A DNA stretch of 64,000 bases from Rhodothermales bacterium (GCA_965232485.1 OZ246975.1:739196-803195), one strand, 5' to 3'; shown: positions 9,791 to 19,090, counted from the first letter of the stretch. Numbers and translations: made by a program. The notes: generated by a model not told the origin, from the sequence alone.

Positions 9791-11746
9791 ATGAAAATAT
9801 CTCTCCTCCTCGCTTTGCTGATACAGACAGCCAGTCCGCCTGCGGATACGACCGAAACCGCTGCGGTCATCGAAACCGCGCTGGACATGCTGGAAAACGA
9901 CCTGGAAGATTCCGCCTCGCTGCAGGAAACGCTCGAACAGGCCGTACGCCAGAAAGTCCGGCTGGAAACCGCCTCCGCGGAAGCGTTGCGATCCATCCCC
10001 GGCATATCGGAAAGGACCGTGCAACGCCTTCTTGCCTGGCGCGACGCCGGAGGCGACCTGAGCGGGCCGGAATCTCTGTTGCGCGCCGGGCTGGACGAAC
10101 GCACCGTCGGCATGTTGCTCCCTTTCGTCGCGTTTGGGCGCCCCGAACCCCGGAGGCGCCCGCGCATCCGCATGAATCTCGTGCAGCGTTGGCAGCGACG
10201 GCTGGACCTTGGGAAAGGATATCGGGAAGATTCTCCATCCGGCTACCTCGGCTCTCCCGACGCTATGCAATGGCGCATCGGAATACGCCTCGGAGAGCAT
10301 ATCGCCGCGGGCGTTACGCTCGACAAGGACGCCGGAGAGCCTGTCCGATGGCGTCCCGACGCACGGCAATTCGGGGCCGATTTCGCCTCTTTTTACCTGA
10401 CCGTGGACCAGCGCGGCCCCTTTGAGCGAATCGCTGCAGGCAAGTACGCCGTGCAGGCGGGCGAAGGCCTTGCGGCGGGACAAGGCTCGGGGGGACTTTC
10501 TTCCTTGCGCGTATCTTCCCCGGATCGCATCCTGCGGCCCCATGCTTCCTCTCGGGAATATTCCTACTTCAGCGGCGTGGCCATCCAGTCGAAACCGCTG
10601 TACGGCGTATCGCTAACCGGTTTTGTCTCGCAACTTTCGCTGGACGCCCGCGTGGATACCTCCCTGAACGCATGGTACCCGATCTACACCGGCTATCACC
10701 GTACGCAAACCGAATACGAACGCCGAAGACAAGCCCGCGAACGCGTGGCGGGCGGGGTCGCCGTTGTCCGGCGAGGTTCCGTATACGGCGGGGTCTTGGC
10801 GCTTCATACGTTGCAGACGCTGAACGTTTCACGGAATACGCATGTCCGGTCGGTATTCGGGGGCTGGGCCCGATCTCGCTGGGAAAGCTCGTTCGAATGG
10901 ATCCCGGAACAAGGACACCGGTCCGTCACCGTCTCGCTGGCCCCGATCGAAAATGCTTCCGTGCATATCCGAACGCGACGCACCCGGGAAACCGGGCCGC
11001 GGGACCTGCGACCGCACACCCGCATCGGCGTGAATTCCCGCGGAGAAAGCTACGACTATGCCGAATGGCTGGCCGAAACCCGCTTCCGACCCTTCCCTTC
11101 CTGGACGGCGACCCTGCAAGTCCGGGACCGAAAGCGCCCGCTGGATCCGCTGCCCCGCGCCCGCAGCCGACTCGTTGCAGGAATCGTCGAATACCGTCGC
11201 TGGCGCTGGCTGACCTTGCATGTGCGGGCCCGGACGCAAACATTCGACGCGGCAAGTCAATGCCGGGACGGGCGCCTGCTGCTCCCCTGTCTTGCCGCCG
11301 AACAGCGGCAATCCCTGCGAATACAGGTCGAATACCGGCACAGCCCCGCGCTCCGCTCCAGAACCCGCCTCGAAATCGTCCGCGCCGAAGCGGAAAAAAA
11401 GGCCGAGGGCATCCTGCTGTACCAGGATTTTCGATGGAAACCCTGGCGGTTCATGCAACTGGATATACGGTACGCCCTGTTCGATGCGACAGACGCTTCG
11501 GCCCGGGTGTACATGTTCGAAAACGATGTGCTGTACGGATTCGGCGTTCCGTCTTTCAACGGACGCGGGCAGCGATGGTACGCGCTGTCGCGGATGCAAA
11601 TCTCGCGTCGCCTCATGCTGCAATGGAAACTGGGCGTCACGCGCTACGAAGACGTACGTTCTACGGGGTCAGGACGCGACGAAACCCCGGGAAACCGCAT
11701 CCGGGAAACGAAAGTCCTCATTCAATGGCGATTCGGACAAGTTTAA
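9791..11746 (+). CDS. helix-hairpin-helix (ComEA-like) domain protein fused to a large predicted beta-barrel
   Basis: Start at the ATG at 9791 (MKISLLLALLIQTA signal) within ORF 9641..11746. HhH segment ...ASAEALRSIPGISERTVQRLLAWRDAGGDLSGPESLLRAGLDERTVGMLLPFV, followed by about 500 aa of alternating-strand sequence ending ...VLIQWRFGQV. Confidence 0.7.
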   Translation: MKISLLLALLIQTASPPADTTETAAVIETALDMLENDLEDSASLQETLEQAVRQKVRLETASAEALRSIPGISERTVQRLLAWRDAGGDLSGPESLLRAGLDERTVGMLLPFVAFGRPEPRRRPRIRMNLVQRWQRRLDLGKGYREDSPSGYLGSPDAMQWRIGIRLGEHIAAGVTLDKDAGEPVRWRPDARQFGADFASFYLTVDQRGPFERIAAGKYAVQAGEGLAAGQGSGGLSSLRVSSPDRILRPHASSREYSYFSGVAIQSKPLYGVSLTGFVSQLSLDARVDTSLNAWYPIYTGYHRTQTEYERRRQARERVAGGVAVVRRGSVYGGVLALHTLQTLNVSRNTHVRSVFGGWARSRWESSFEWIPEQGHRSVTVSLAPIENASVHIRTRRTRETGPRDLRPHTRIGVNSRGESYDYAEWLAETRFRPFPSWTATLQVRDRKRPLDPLPRARSRLVAGIVEYRRWRWLTLHVRARTQTFDAASQCRDGRLLLPCLAAEQRQSLRIQVEYRHSPALRSRTRLEIVRAEAEKKAEGILLYQDFRWKPWRFMQLDIRYALFDATDASARVYMFENDVLYGFGVPSFNGRGQRWYALSRMQISRRLMLQWKLGVTRYEDVRSTGSGRDETPGNRIRETKVLIQWRFGQV

Positions 11747-11768
11747 GGATACTTCAATCAGAGCGTCC
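11747..11768. repeat. 22-bp terminal-repeat-only remnant of the IS/MITE family, flanked by TTAA/TTAA
   Basis: TTAA(11743-46) GGATACTTCAATCAGAGCGTCC TTAA(11769-72). The tips GGATAC... and ...ATCAGAGCGTCC are the family termini. Confidence 0.7.
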
Positions 11769-12164
11769 TTAATTCGAGCAGATCGACTTGAGCACCCGGC
11801 GCCTTGTGACGAGCTGGTCATGCCACGCCTCGGGCGAAATTTCTTCGTCGTCGAGATAATATTCCCAATAATCAATGCTTGCGCCCTGCGACGCCTGCGG
11901 AGGTTCGATATGCGCTATGCGCTTCAACTCGGGCGTCATGCCCATCTGGTGCACGAACGTAACCGTATGATCGCCCATGTAGCTCTCCCTGACCGATAGC
12001 CAGTTGTCCCCGCATACATGGCAGGTATAAAAACGGGTTTCCGAATGGCCTTCCTGCTCCGGCATAGTCGATTCGGTCTCTTCATCGTCTCCGACGACAT
12101 CCATCGGCACCATGCTGATGCTTCCGCAGGCCTTGCATTGCAGTTTCTCCATGGATGGAATCAT
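11769..12164 (-). CDS. small CxxC...CxxC zinc-ribbon protein, function unknown
   Basis: 131-aa ORF with CKACGS ... CHVCGD cysteine pairs, an acidic linker and coding-like composition. No family recognised. Confidence 0.6.
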   Translation of the reverse strand: MIPSMEKLQCKACGSISMVPMDVVGDDEETESTMPEQEGHSETRFYTCHVCGDNWLSVRESYMGDHTVTFVHQMGMTPELKRIAHIEPPQASQGASIDYWEYYLDDEEISPEAWHDQLVTRRRVLKSICSN

Positions 12165-12514
12165 TGGCTGTTTTTAAGGTGCGTCCTGCCTGCGCAAACC
12201 GCTTGGGCCAAGCCCACGGCGCCCCTGCGCAGGACGTACGACAACACAGGCCCTTGAAGTATACGTAAAATTTGCGAATAAAGTTACAAGACAATAACGG
12301 AAATGTATCCACAATCTGTAAACATCTCGCGTTGAGCGCCCGGCGAGCGGCGCGAAGCGAAATGTGCGGAATGTAACGAGGACGTAACAAGAGAGTACGC
12401 CTTGCATCCGGGGACGGCCTCGGCCCGCGGACGCTCGCGCGCCACTGGCAACCAGTCAATAACGGAAATACCCTTTTCACAGCCAGAACGAAAGACCTGC
12501 GCGAAAAACCAAAG

Positions 12515-12587
12515 CCCCCTCGGGAGGATTCGAACCTCCGACCAACGGTTTAGGAAACCGGCGCTCTATCCCCTGAGCTACGAGGGG
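12515..12587 (-). tRNA. tRNA-Arg (anticodon CCT)
   Basis: The reverse complement folds as acceptor CCCCTCG/CGAGGGG plus G, D arm GCTC-AGGGGATA-GAGC, anticodon arm CCGGT-TTCCTAA-ACCGT (one C-T mismatch at the stem base) and T arm GGAGG-TTCGAAT-CCTCC. Confidence 0.85.
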
Positions 12588-12692
12588 CATGCGGCGGACG
12601 ACCGCCTGCGACGCACTGCTTCCGAATCGGCGCAGGGCGCCTGCATGCACCGTATATTGGGCATGCAACGCCGCCGCACAGTTCCCGTTTCC

Positions 12693-13916
12693 ATGACTTG
12701 CACGAACGCATCGCCCGAACAACATATCGAACGCATCGACGTAGCCCGCGTTCGCCGGGACACGCCCGGATGCGAAAAGGTCGTGCATTTCAACAATGCC
12801 GGGGCGTCGCTCATGCCGACGCCGGTGCTTGAGGCCTCCCTGGCGCATTTGCAGCTGGAAGCGCGCATAGGCGGATACGAAGCCGCCGAAGAAGCGCAAG
12901 CCCGACATGCAGCGGTATACCGGAGCATTGCCGCGCTGCTGAATGCTTCCCCGGAAGAAATTGCGCTGTCCGATAGCGCCACGCGCGCATGGCGACTGGC
13001 CTTCGAGAGCCTGCCGATCCCGCGCGGCGGAAAAATTCTTACCACCCGCGCCGCCTACGCCAGCAATTTCATCGCCTTTCTGCACCGCGCCCGCAAAGAC
13101 GGCCTGGAAATAGACGTAGCGCCCTGCAACGAGGCCGGTGATCTCGACCTGGACGCCTTCGAACGCCGCATCGACAAGGGCGCGGCGCTGATCGCCCTGA
13201 CGCACATCCCCACGAACGGCGGCGCCGTCTACCCGGCCGAAGCCGTCGGCCGAATCGCCCGCAAGCATGGCGTACCCTACTTGCTGGACGCTTGCCAATC
13301 CGCCGGGCAATGGCCGCTCGACGTAACGCGAATCGGTTGCGACATGCTCTCCGCCACGGGCCGAAAATTCTTGCGGGCTCCGCGCGGCACGGGATTTCTT
13401 TATGTCCGCCGCGCCTTTCGCGAGCGCCTGGAGCCGCCCATACCGGACCTGCACAGCGCCACATGGACCGCCCCCGACGAGTACCGCCCCTGCAACGACA
13501 TGCGCGCCTTCGAAATGTGGGAGTCCAGCATGGCCATGCAACTGGGGTTGGGCGCCGCCGTCGATTATGCGCTGGACGTTGGGCTGGACGCCATCCGGGA
13601 CCGCATCCAGACCCTTGCCGACCTGCTTCGCAATCGCCTTCGCGCCTTGCCCGGCGTCTGCGTGCGGGATACGGGAACGGACCAATGCGGCGTCGTGACC
13701 TTCGACGTAGCCCGCATCGCAGCGCAGGAGATCAAGGCGCGCCTCCGGGAGCAATCCATGCACGTTACGGCGTCCCTGCCCTCGCATACCCTGCTCGACG
13801 CCATGGAGCGCCATCTTCCCGACATGGTGCGCGCCTCCGTGCATTACTACAACACAGCGTCGGAAATCGACCGGTTCTGCGACGCAATCTCCGACATCTC
13901 ATCGCGCGACGCATGA
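12693..13916 (+). CDS. aminotransferase class V-fold PLP-dependent enzyme (cysteine desulfurase/epimerase-like)
   Basis: The ORF 12402..13916 5' part overlaps tRNA-Arg, so the start was moved to the ATG at 12693 (MTCTNASPE; 12645 or 12663 are also possible). ...HFNNAGASLMP..., ...ALTHIPTNGG..., LLDACQSAGQ..., ATGRKFLRAPRGTGFLYVRR are typical of the class V fold. Confidence 0.85.
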   Translation: MTCTNASPEQHIERIDVARVRRDTPGCEKVVHFNNAGASLMPTPVLEASLAHLQLEARIGGYEAAEEAQARHAAVYRSIAALLNASPEEIALSDSATRAWRLAFESLPIPRGGKILTTRAAYASNFIAFLHRARKDGLEIDVAPCNEAGDLDLDAFERRIDKGAALIALTHIPTNGGAVYPAEAVGRIARKHGVPYLLDACQSAGQWPLDVTRIGCDMLSATGRKFLRAPRGTGFLYVRRAFRERLEPPIPDLHSATWTAPDEYRPCNDMRAFEMWESSMAMQLGLGAAVDYALDVGLDAIRDRIQTLADLLRNRLRALPGVCVRDTGTDQCGVVTFDVARIAAQEIKARLREQSMHVTASLPSHTLLDAMERHLPDMVRASVHYYNTASEIDRFCDAISDISSRDA

Positions 13917-15205
13917 CCCCCGGCGCAAAACATTCCCGAAGCGCAGTCGCCGCATGGGCCACGTACGACTTCGCCAATTCCGCGTTTACGACACTCGTCG
14001 TGACGTTTGTTTTCGCCACGTATTTCACGAACGAAATTGCCGAAAACGCCGTGTCCGGCACGGCGCTCTGGTCGCGCGCCATCGCCTTGTCCCAGGTTGC
14101 CGTGGCGCTGCTTTCGCCCTGGCTGGGGCTTCTTGCAGACCAAAACGGACTGCGCAAGCGATTCCTTCTGTGCTCCACGCTGCTATGCATCGCCGCCTCG
14201 ACGGCGTTGTATTTTGCGGGACCGGGGGACGTGCTGTTCGCCCTCGTCGTATTCGCGGCGGGCAACATCGCGTTCGAACTGGCGAATGTTTTCTACAATG
14301 CGTTCCTGCCCGAACTGGCTCCGTCCCAACGGATCGGGCGCATTTCGGGCTATGGGTGGGCGCTGGGATACGCAGGCGGCTTGTGTTGCCTGCTGATCGG
14401 CTACTTTGTGCTTATCGATCCGGAAACGCCTCCATTCGGACTCCTCCGGGAAACGGGAGCGCACGTGCGGGCCTCCAACCTGCTCGTGGCCGCCTGGTAC
14501 GGCGTCTTTTCACTGCCCCTGTTTCTGGCGCTGAAGGAATCCCGTCCCGCAAACCGGCTGGCCGCCGGAAAGGCCCTGAGCGCTTCCGTACGGGACCTGG
14601 GCCGGGCGTTGCGCGAAGTGCGCCACTCCAAAGACCTGTTCCGGCTCCTCCTTGCCCGGCTGGTTTACAACGACGGCCTCATCACGCTTTTTGCGTTCGG
14701 CGGCGTCTACGCCACGGGCACGCTCGGATTTTCCACGGAAGATATTTTTCTCTTCGGGATCGTGCTGAACGTGGCTGCGGGCGCAGGCGCCTGGGCTTTC
14801 GGTTATCTGGACGATCGCATCGGCGGACGCGCCACCATTCTCGCGAGCCTTGCGGCGCTTACGCTGGGAACCATCGTTGCGGTGCTTGCCGACAGCGCCG
14901 GCCTGTTCTGGGCCGCCGCGATTCTCGGGGGCCTATGCGCCGGCCCCAATCAGTCTGCAAGCCGCTCGCTCATGGGCCGATTCATTCCCGCCGGAAAAGA
15001 AAACGAGTATTACGGCCTGTTCGCCTTCTCGGGAAAAGCCACGGCCTTCCTCGGTCCCCTGCTGCTGGGCGGCGTAACGAGCCTGTTCGATAGCCAGCGA
15101 GCCGGGATGGCTACCGTGGCGGCGTTCTTCATTGTGGGGGCGCTCCTCCTCCTGCGCGTCAACGAAACGCGGGGGATGGCCAGCGCCCAGCCGCAGGAAA
15201 CGTAA
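13913..15205 (+). CDS. MFS transporter, UMF1/Atg22-like family
   Basis: The ATG at 13913 overlaps the upstream TGA (ATGA). WATYDFANSAFTTLVVTFVFATYF, about 12 hydrophobic segments, within ORF 13292..15205. Confidence 0.85.
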   Translation: MTPGAKHSRSAVAAWATYDFANSAFTTLVVTFVFATYFTNEIAENAVSGTALWSRAIALSQVAVALLSPWLGLLADQNGLRKRFLLCSTLLCIAASTALYFAGPGDVLFALVVFAAGNIAFELANVFYNAFLPELAPSQRIGRISGYGWALGYAGGLCCLLIGYFVLIDPETPPFGLLRETGAHVRASNLLVAAWYGVFSLPLFLALKESRPANRLAAGKALSASVRDLGRALREVRHSKDLFRLLLARLVYNDGLITLFAFGGVYATGTLGFSTEDIFLFGIVLNVAAGAGAWAFGYLDDRIGGRATILASLAALTLGTIVAVLADSAGLFWAAAILGGLCAGPNQSASRSLMGRFIPAGKENEYYGLFAFSGKATAFLGPLLLGGVTSLFDSQRAGMATVAAFFIVGALLLLRVNETRGMASAQPQET

Positions 15206-15213
15206 AATCCGGC

Positions 15214-15663
15214 CTACTCCCCCCGTTCCTCCACCTGCCGCACGCGGGCGATCTGCCGCAGATTCCAGTCGTCCTCTCCAAACGACGTATCGAACCAGCG
15301 ATCCAGTATTTCCCGAAGTATGGCGGGCGACGTAGCGCGCAGGCTTAACGCCAGCACATTGGCGTGATTCCAGATGCGGGCTCCCCTCGCCGTCTCGCCG
15401 TCGCCGCACAACGCCGCGCGCACGCCGGGCGCCTTGTTGGCCACGATAGCGCAACCCGTGCCCGTCCAGCACAACACAATGGCCTCGTCCGCCTCGCCCC
15501 GACGCAACGCCCCGATCGCTTGCATCGTGATTTCCGGCCAATCCGCGGCGCCTTCGTTGCTTTCAGGTCCGAAGTACACGGGTTCGTGTCCCCGCCGCTC
15601 AAGTTCCTGGAGCAGGGTTTCGACAAGGGGCAACCTTTCGTCTGTGCTGACTGCAATGCGCAT
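15214..15663 (-). CDS. rpiB: ribose-5-phosphate isomerase B (RpiB/LacA/LacB family)
   Basis: 149 aa. MRIAVSTDE..., CWTGTGCAIVANKAPGVRAALC, ARIWNHANVLALS motifs. Confidence 0.9.
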   Translation of the reverse strand: MRIAVSTDERLPLVETLLQELERRGHEPVYFGPESNEGAADWPEITMQAIGALRRGEADEAIVLCWTGTGCAIVANKAPGVRAALCGDGETARGARIWNHANVLALSLRATSPAILREILDRWFDTSFGEDDWNLRQIARVRQVEERGE

Positions 15664-15850
15664 GGCCCATGCAAAAAATCTGTCCGAATGCCGACATAGA
15701 CCAGCGCGCCCGATCGCTCGCGGCCTCGCGCGATCCGTATTTCCCGAACAACAATAACGGCGCGCGCTCTTGTGAACCAGCGGGGCGGTAATTAGTTTTT
15801 ACAGCCCGCTATTTCGAACGATCGTTTTTTGCATTGTCCGCCTCGCTCCC

Positions 15851-16672
15851 ATGCCCGACATCCCCACAGTCCGACGCATTGCAGAATTTCTCGAAGCCTG
15901 GGCGCCCCTGTCGTCGGCCATGTCGTACGACAATGTCGGATTGCAAGTCGGCAACCCCGACGCAGAGATCCGCACCGCCTTGCTCGGCCTGGATATGACG
16001 CCGGAATTGCTTGCTGAAGCAAAGGAGCTCGAAGCCGCGCTGATCGTGACCCACCACCCGCTCCTGTTTCGTCCCGTGCATGCCGTTACGACGGAAGCCT
16101 ATGTTCCCAACCTGGTCTGGCGGCTCGCGGCGGAAAACATCGCGCTGTACAGCATCCACACGAACCTCGACGCGGCTTCGGGAGGGGTGTCGTTCGCCCT
16201 GGCCCATCAGCTGGGGGTCGAAAACGCCGAATTCCTCCAGCCTTCCGAAAACGGCGACACCGGCTTCGGGGCCATCGGATCGTTGCCGGCGCCCGTTCCC
16301 TTGCAGGCCTTCCTCGGCGTCGTGGCCGACCGACTCGGAACGCCCGCCTTGCGTTATGCAGGCGACCCGGAGGCGCTCGTGCGGCGCATAGCCGTGTGCG
16401 GCGGCTCTGGCGGCAGTCTGATCGACGAAGCAACCGCCCGCGGCGCGGACGCCTTCGTCACAGCGGATATCAAATATCACGATTTCTTCAATACGCTCGA
16501 CGCGCAAGGACGGCCCCGGCTCGCCTTGATCGACGCCGGACACTACGAAACGGAAAAAGGCGCGGAACGCCTGCTGCTCGAAGCGCTGACGAAACAATTC
16601 CCGCAAACCGCATGGAAGCGTACGCGCACAAACACAAGTCCCGCGCGAACTTTTATAGCCTCGGGACGTTAG
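15851..16672 (+). CDS. Nif3-like dinuclear metal centre protein (YbgI/GTP cyclohydrolase 1 type 2 family)
   Basis: 273 aa. ...SYDNVGLQVG..., LIVTHHPLLF, LYSIHTNLD and DAGHYETE motifs typical of NIF3. Confidence 0.9.
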   Translation: MPDIPTVRRIAEFLEAWAPLSSAMSYDNVGLQVGNPDAEIRTALLGLDMTPELLAEAKELEAALIVTHHPLLFRPVHAVTTEAYVPNLVWRLAAENIALYSIHTNLDAASGGVSFALAHQLGVENAEFLQPSENGDTGFGAIGSLPAPVPLQAFLGVVADRLGTPALRYAGDPEALVRRIAVCGGSGGSLIDEATARGADAFVTADIKYHDFFNTLDAQGRPRLALIDAGHYETEKGAERLLLEALTKQFPQTAWKRTRTNTSPARTFIASGR

Positions 16673-16733
16673 CAGATGTCTATATCTGTTCATCCCCAAA
16701 GATTTCTCTTCGAGATACATCCCTGTATACGAC

Positions 16734-17492
16734 ATGCCCACAGCCCAGGAGACGAGCACCGGCGAACAACTGCGATCCCTGATCTGTCTCCAGTACATCG
16801 ACAGCGAAATCGACAAGATCGAAAAACTGCGGGGCGATCTGCCGGAAGAAATTCGAGACCTTCGGGACGAAAAGGCAGGCCTTGCGATACGCATTGAGAA
16901 GTTCAAACAGGAAGAAGCCCAGAACGAAGAGGACAAAGTCTCGTCCGACACCAGCGTCAAGGACGCCGAAATGCTCATTGCGCGGTATGAGGAGCAGCAA
17001 CTCCAGGTGCGAAACAACCGGGAATACGACGCGCTCACCAAGGAAATCGAAGCGCAAAAGCAGCGTATCGAGGATGCGAAGCGGCGCATGGAGGAAATCG
17101 GCCTGAACGAAGACGCGCACCGGGCTGCTATCGAGGAGGCAGAGACCCGCATGAAGGAGCTGGACGAACTACTCGTTACGAAAGAGCGGGATTTGAAGGA
17201 AGTGCTGGACGACACCAAGCAGGAACAGGCGCATCTGGAGAAAAAGCGGGGCGAGGCCGCCAAAAACGTGGCCGCCCGGTATTTGCTGGCCTATGAGCGG
17301 CTGCGGGAACGACTTCCCGACGGGCGGGCCGTAGTGCCGATCGAACGGGGCGCGGCGGGCGGATTCGCCGTGCCGCCGCAACGCCAGGTTGAAATTCGCC
17401 AGGGCAACCGCATCGTGGCCTGCGAACACACGGGACGAATCATCGTGGACGGCGATCTCTTCGCCGAAACCGCCCAGGCAACAAATCTGTAG
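16734..17492 (+). CDS. COG1579/DUF164 coiled-coil protein with C-terminal (degenerate) zinc ribbon
   Basis: 252 aa. LQYIDSEIDKIEKLRGDLPEEI..., long coiled coil, conserved position downstream of nif3. The C-terminal ribbon reads AGGF...CEHTGR instead of CGGC...CxxCGR. Confidence 0.8.
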   Translation: MPTAQETSTGEQLRSLICLQYIDSEIDKIEKLRGDLPEEIRDLRDEKAGLAIRIEKFKQEEAQNEEDKVSSDTSVKDAEMLIARYEEQQLQVRNNREYDALTKEIEAQKQRIEDAKRRMEEIGLNEDAHRAAIEEAETRMKELDELLVTKERDLKEVLDDTKQEQAHLEKKRGEAAKNVAARYLLAYERLRERLPDGRAVVPIERGAAGGFAVPPQRQVEIRQGNRIVACEHTGRIIVDGDLFAETAQATNL

Positions 17493-17521
17493 CCGGGTCG
17501 TAAGAATTTTCAGCGCATTTC

Positions 17522-17938
<417 letters not shown>

Positions 17939-17951
17939 GAAATGCGCTTGA

Positions 17952-17986
17952 GGATACGCTGATTAAGCCCATACAGATCAGCGGCC
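17952..17986. repeat. degenerate terminal-repeat-only remnant of the IS/MITE family
   Basis: GGATACGCTGATTAAGCCC ATAC AGATCAGCGGCC, beginning 14 nt after the rnpB 3' end. The left tip matches the family terminus and the right tip is eroded. Confidence 0.5.
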
Positions 17987-18028
17987 GCGCGGCGCGCGCC
18001 GGCAAGGAATGACGAAGCAGCGTATCCC

Positions 18029-18382
18029 TTATTCGTCGGCGGGAACCGGCTCCGGCATAGCCGGCAATTCCTGCTGCTCCCCGACCGGCGGAGCGATGGG
18101 CCCGGTTTGTTCTTCCTGCGCCCGTTGCTGAATAACGCTTTCCTGCGTCTGGGCCTCTCTGATCGCGAAATTCGACACGACGCAAAGCACGATAAAAAGC
18201 GTAGCCAGTATCCAGGTCGCCTTTTCGAGTACGTCCGGCGCCTGGCGCGTGCCCAGAATCTGTTGCGTGGCGCCGCCTGAGGCGATGCCGGCCAGCCCGC
18301 CGCCCTTGCCGCTCTGCACAAGCACTACCAGCGTAATCAGAATCGCTATCAAAGCGATCAGTGAGATAATGAACGTAAACAT
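18029..18382 (-). CDS. secG: preprotein translocase subunit SecG
   Basis: 117 aa. MFTFIISLIALIAILITLVVLVQSGKGGGLAG... and a second TM segment, with an acidic C-terminal extension. Confidence 0.9.
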   Translation of the reverse strand: MFTFIISLIALIAILITLVVLVQSGKGGGLAGIASGGATQQILGTRQAPDVLEKATWILATLFIVLCVVSNFAIREAQTQESVIQQRAQEEQTGPIAPPVGEQQELPAMPEPVPADE

Positions 18383-18478
18383 GTCGCCGCGTCGTTGACT
18401 GTGGAATCGTAGCCCGTTGCGCCGCGCCCGTTGGATCAGGGCCGCACATCAGGTTAATTCAATACGCCGAACGCTGCC

Positions 18479-19090
18479 TCAGGATCCGGGCGCCGCCGCC
18501 GAAAGCGTTTCTTCTTGTCCCGGCCGTTTGTCCGGGGCCTGTTTCCGCTGCTCCAGATGGCGCTGCGCATAAAGCAAGGTCAACGCAGATTTCATATCGA
18601 CAATGCCGCCTTCGAAGACCTGTTGCAGCGCCTGCTCGAACGGCATGGACACCACGTCCATGAATTCGCCTTGCTCCAGGCGCTGCGCGCCCACCTGCAC
18701 AAGGTCCTCCGCAAGATACAGGTGAATGATCTCGTTGCTGTACCCGAGGCACGGAAAAAGCGCGCCCAACCGGGTAAAGGAGGTCGCGCGCCATCCGGTT
18801 TCTTCCTCCAGTTCGCGGGCCGCCGCCTCGGCCGGATCTTCGCCCGGCTTGTCCAGTTTGCCCGCGGGCACTTCAAGGAACGCGCTTTGGGCCGGATACC
18901 GGAACTGACGCACCAGCAACGTCGAAGCATCCGGAAAGAGCGGCGCCGCGGCGGACGCCCCGGGGTGATCGATCCATTCCCGCGCTCCTTCCTTTCCGTC
19001 CGGAAGGAGCACCCGGTCTCGATACACCTTCAGCAACTTGCCGTCGAATATTTGTTCGGACGAACGTTTTTGTTCAATAAGATGCTGCAT
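18479..19090 (-). CDS. NUDIX hydrolase (ADP-ribose pyrophosphatase-like)
   Basis: Start moved to the ATG at 19090 (MQHLIEQKRSS...). Nudix box ...GKLDKPGEDPAEAAARELEEETG... Confidence 0.85.
   Translation of the reverse strand: MQHLIEQKRSSEQIFDGKLLKVYRDRVLLPDGKEGAREWIDHPGASAAAPLFPDASTLLVRQFRYPAQSAFLEVPAGKLDKPGEDPAEAAARELEEETGWRATSFTRLGALFPCLGYSNEIIHLYLAEDLVQVGAQRLEQGEFMDVVSMPFEQALQQVFEGGIVDMKSALTLLYAQRHLEQRKQAPDKRPGQEETLSAAAPGS

Noticed and set aside
15809-17263. 484-aa - strand ORF with an extremely Ser/Arg-rich N-terminal half
   Set aside because: It is antisense to the nif3 and COG1579 genes. The Ser-rich run is the reverse reading of the Glu/Lys-rich coiled coil.
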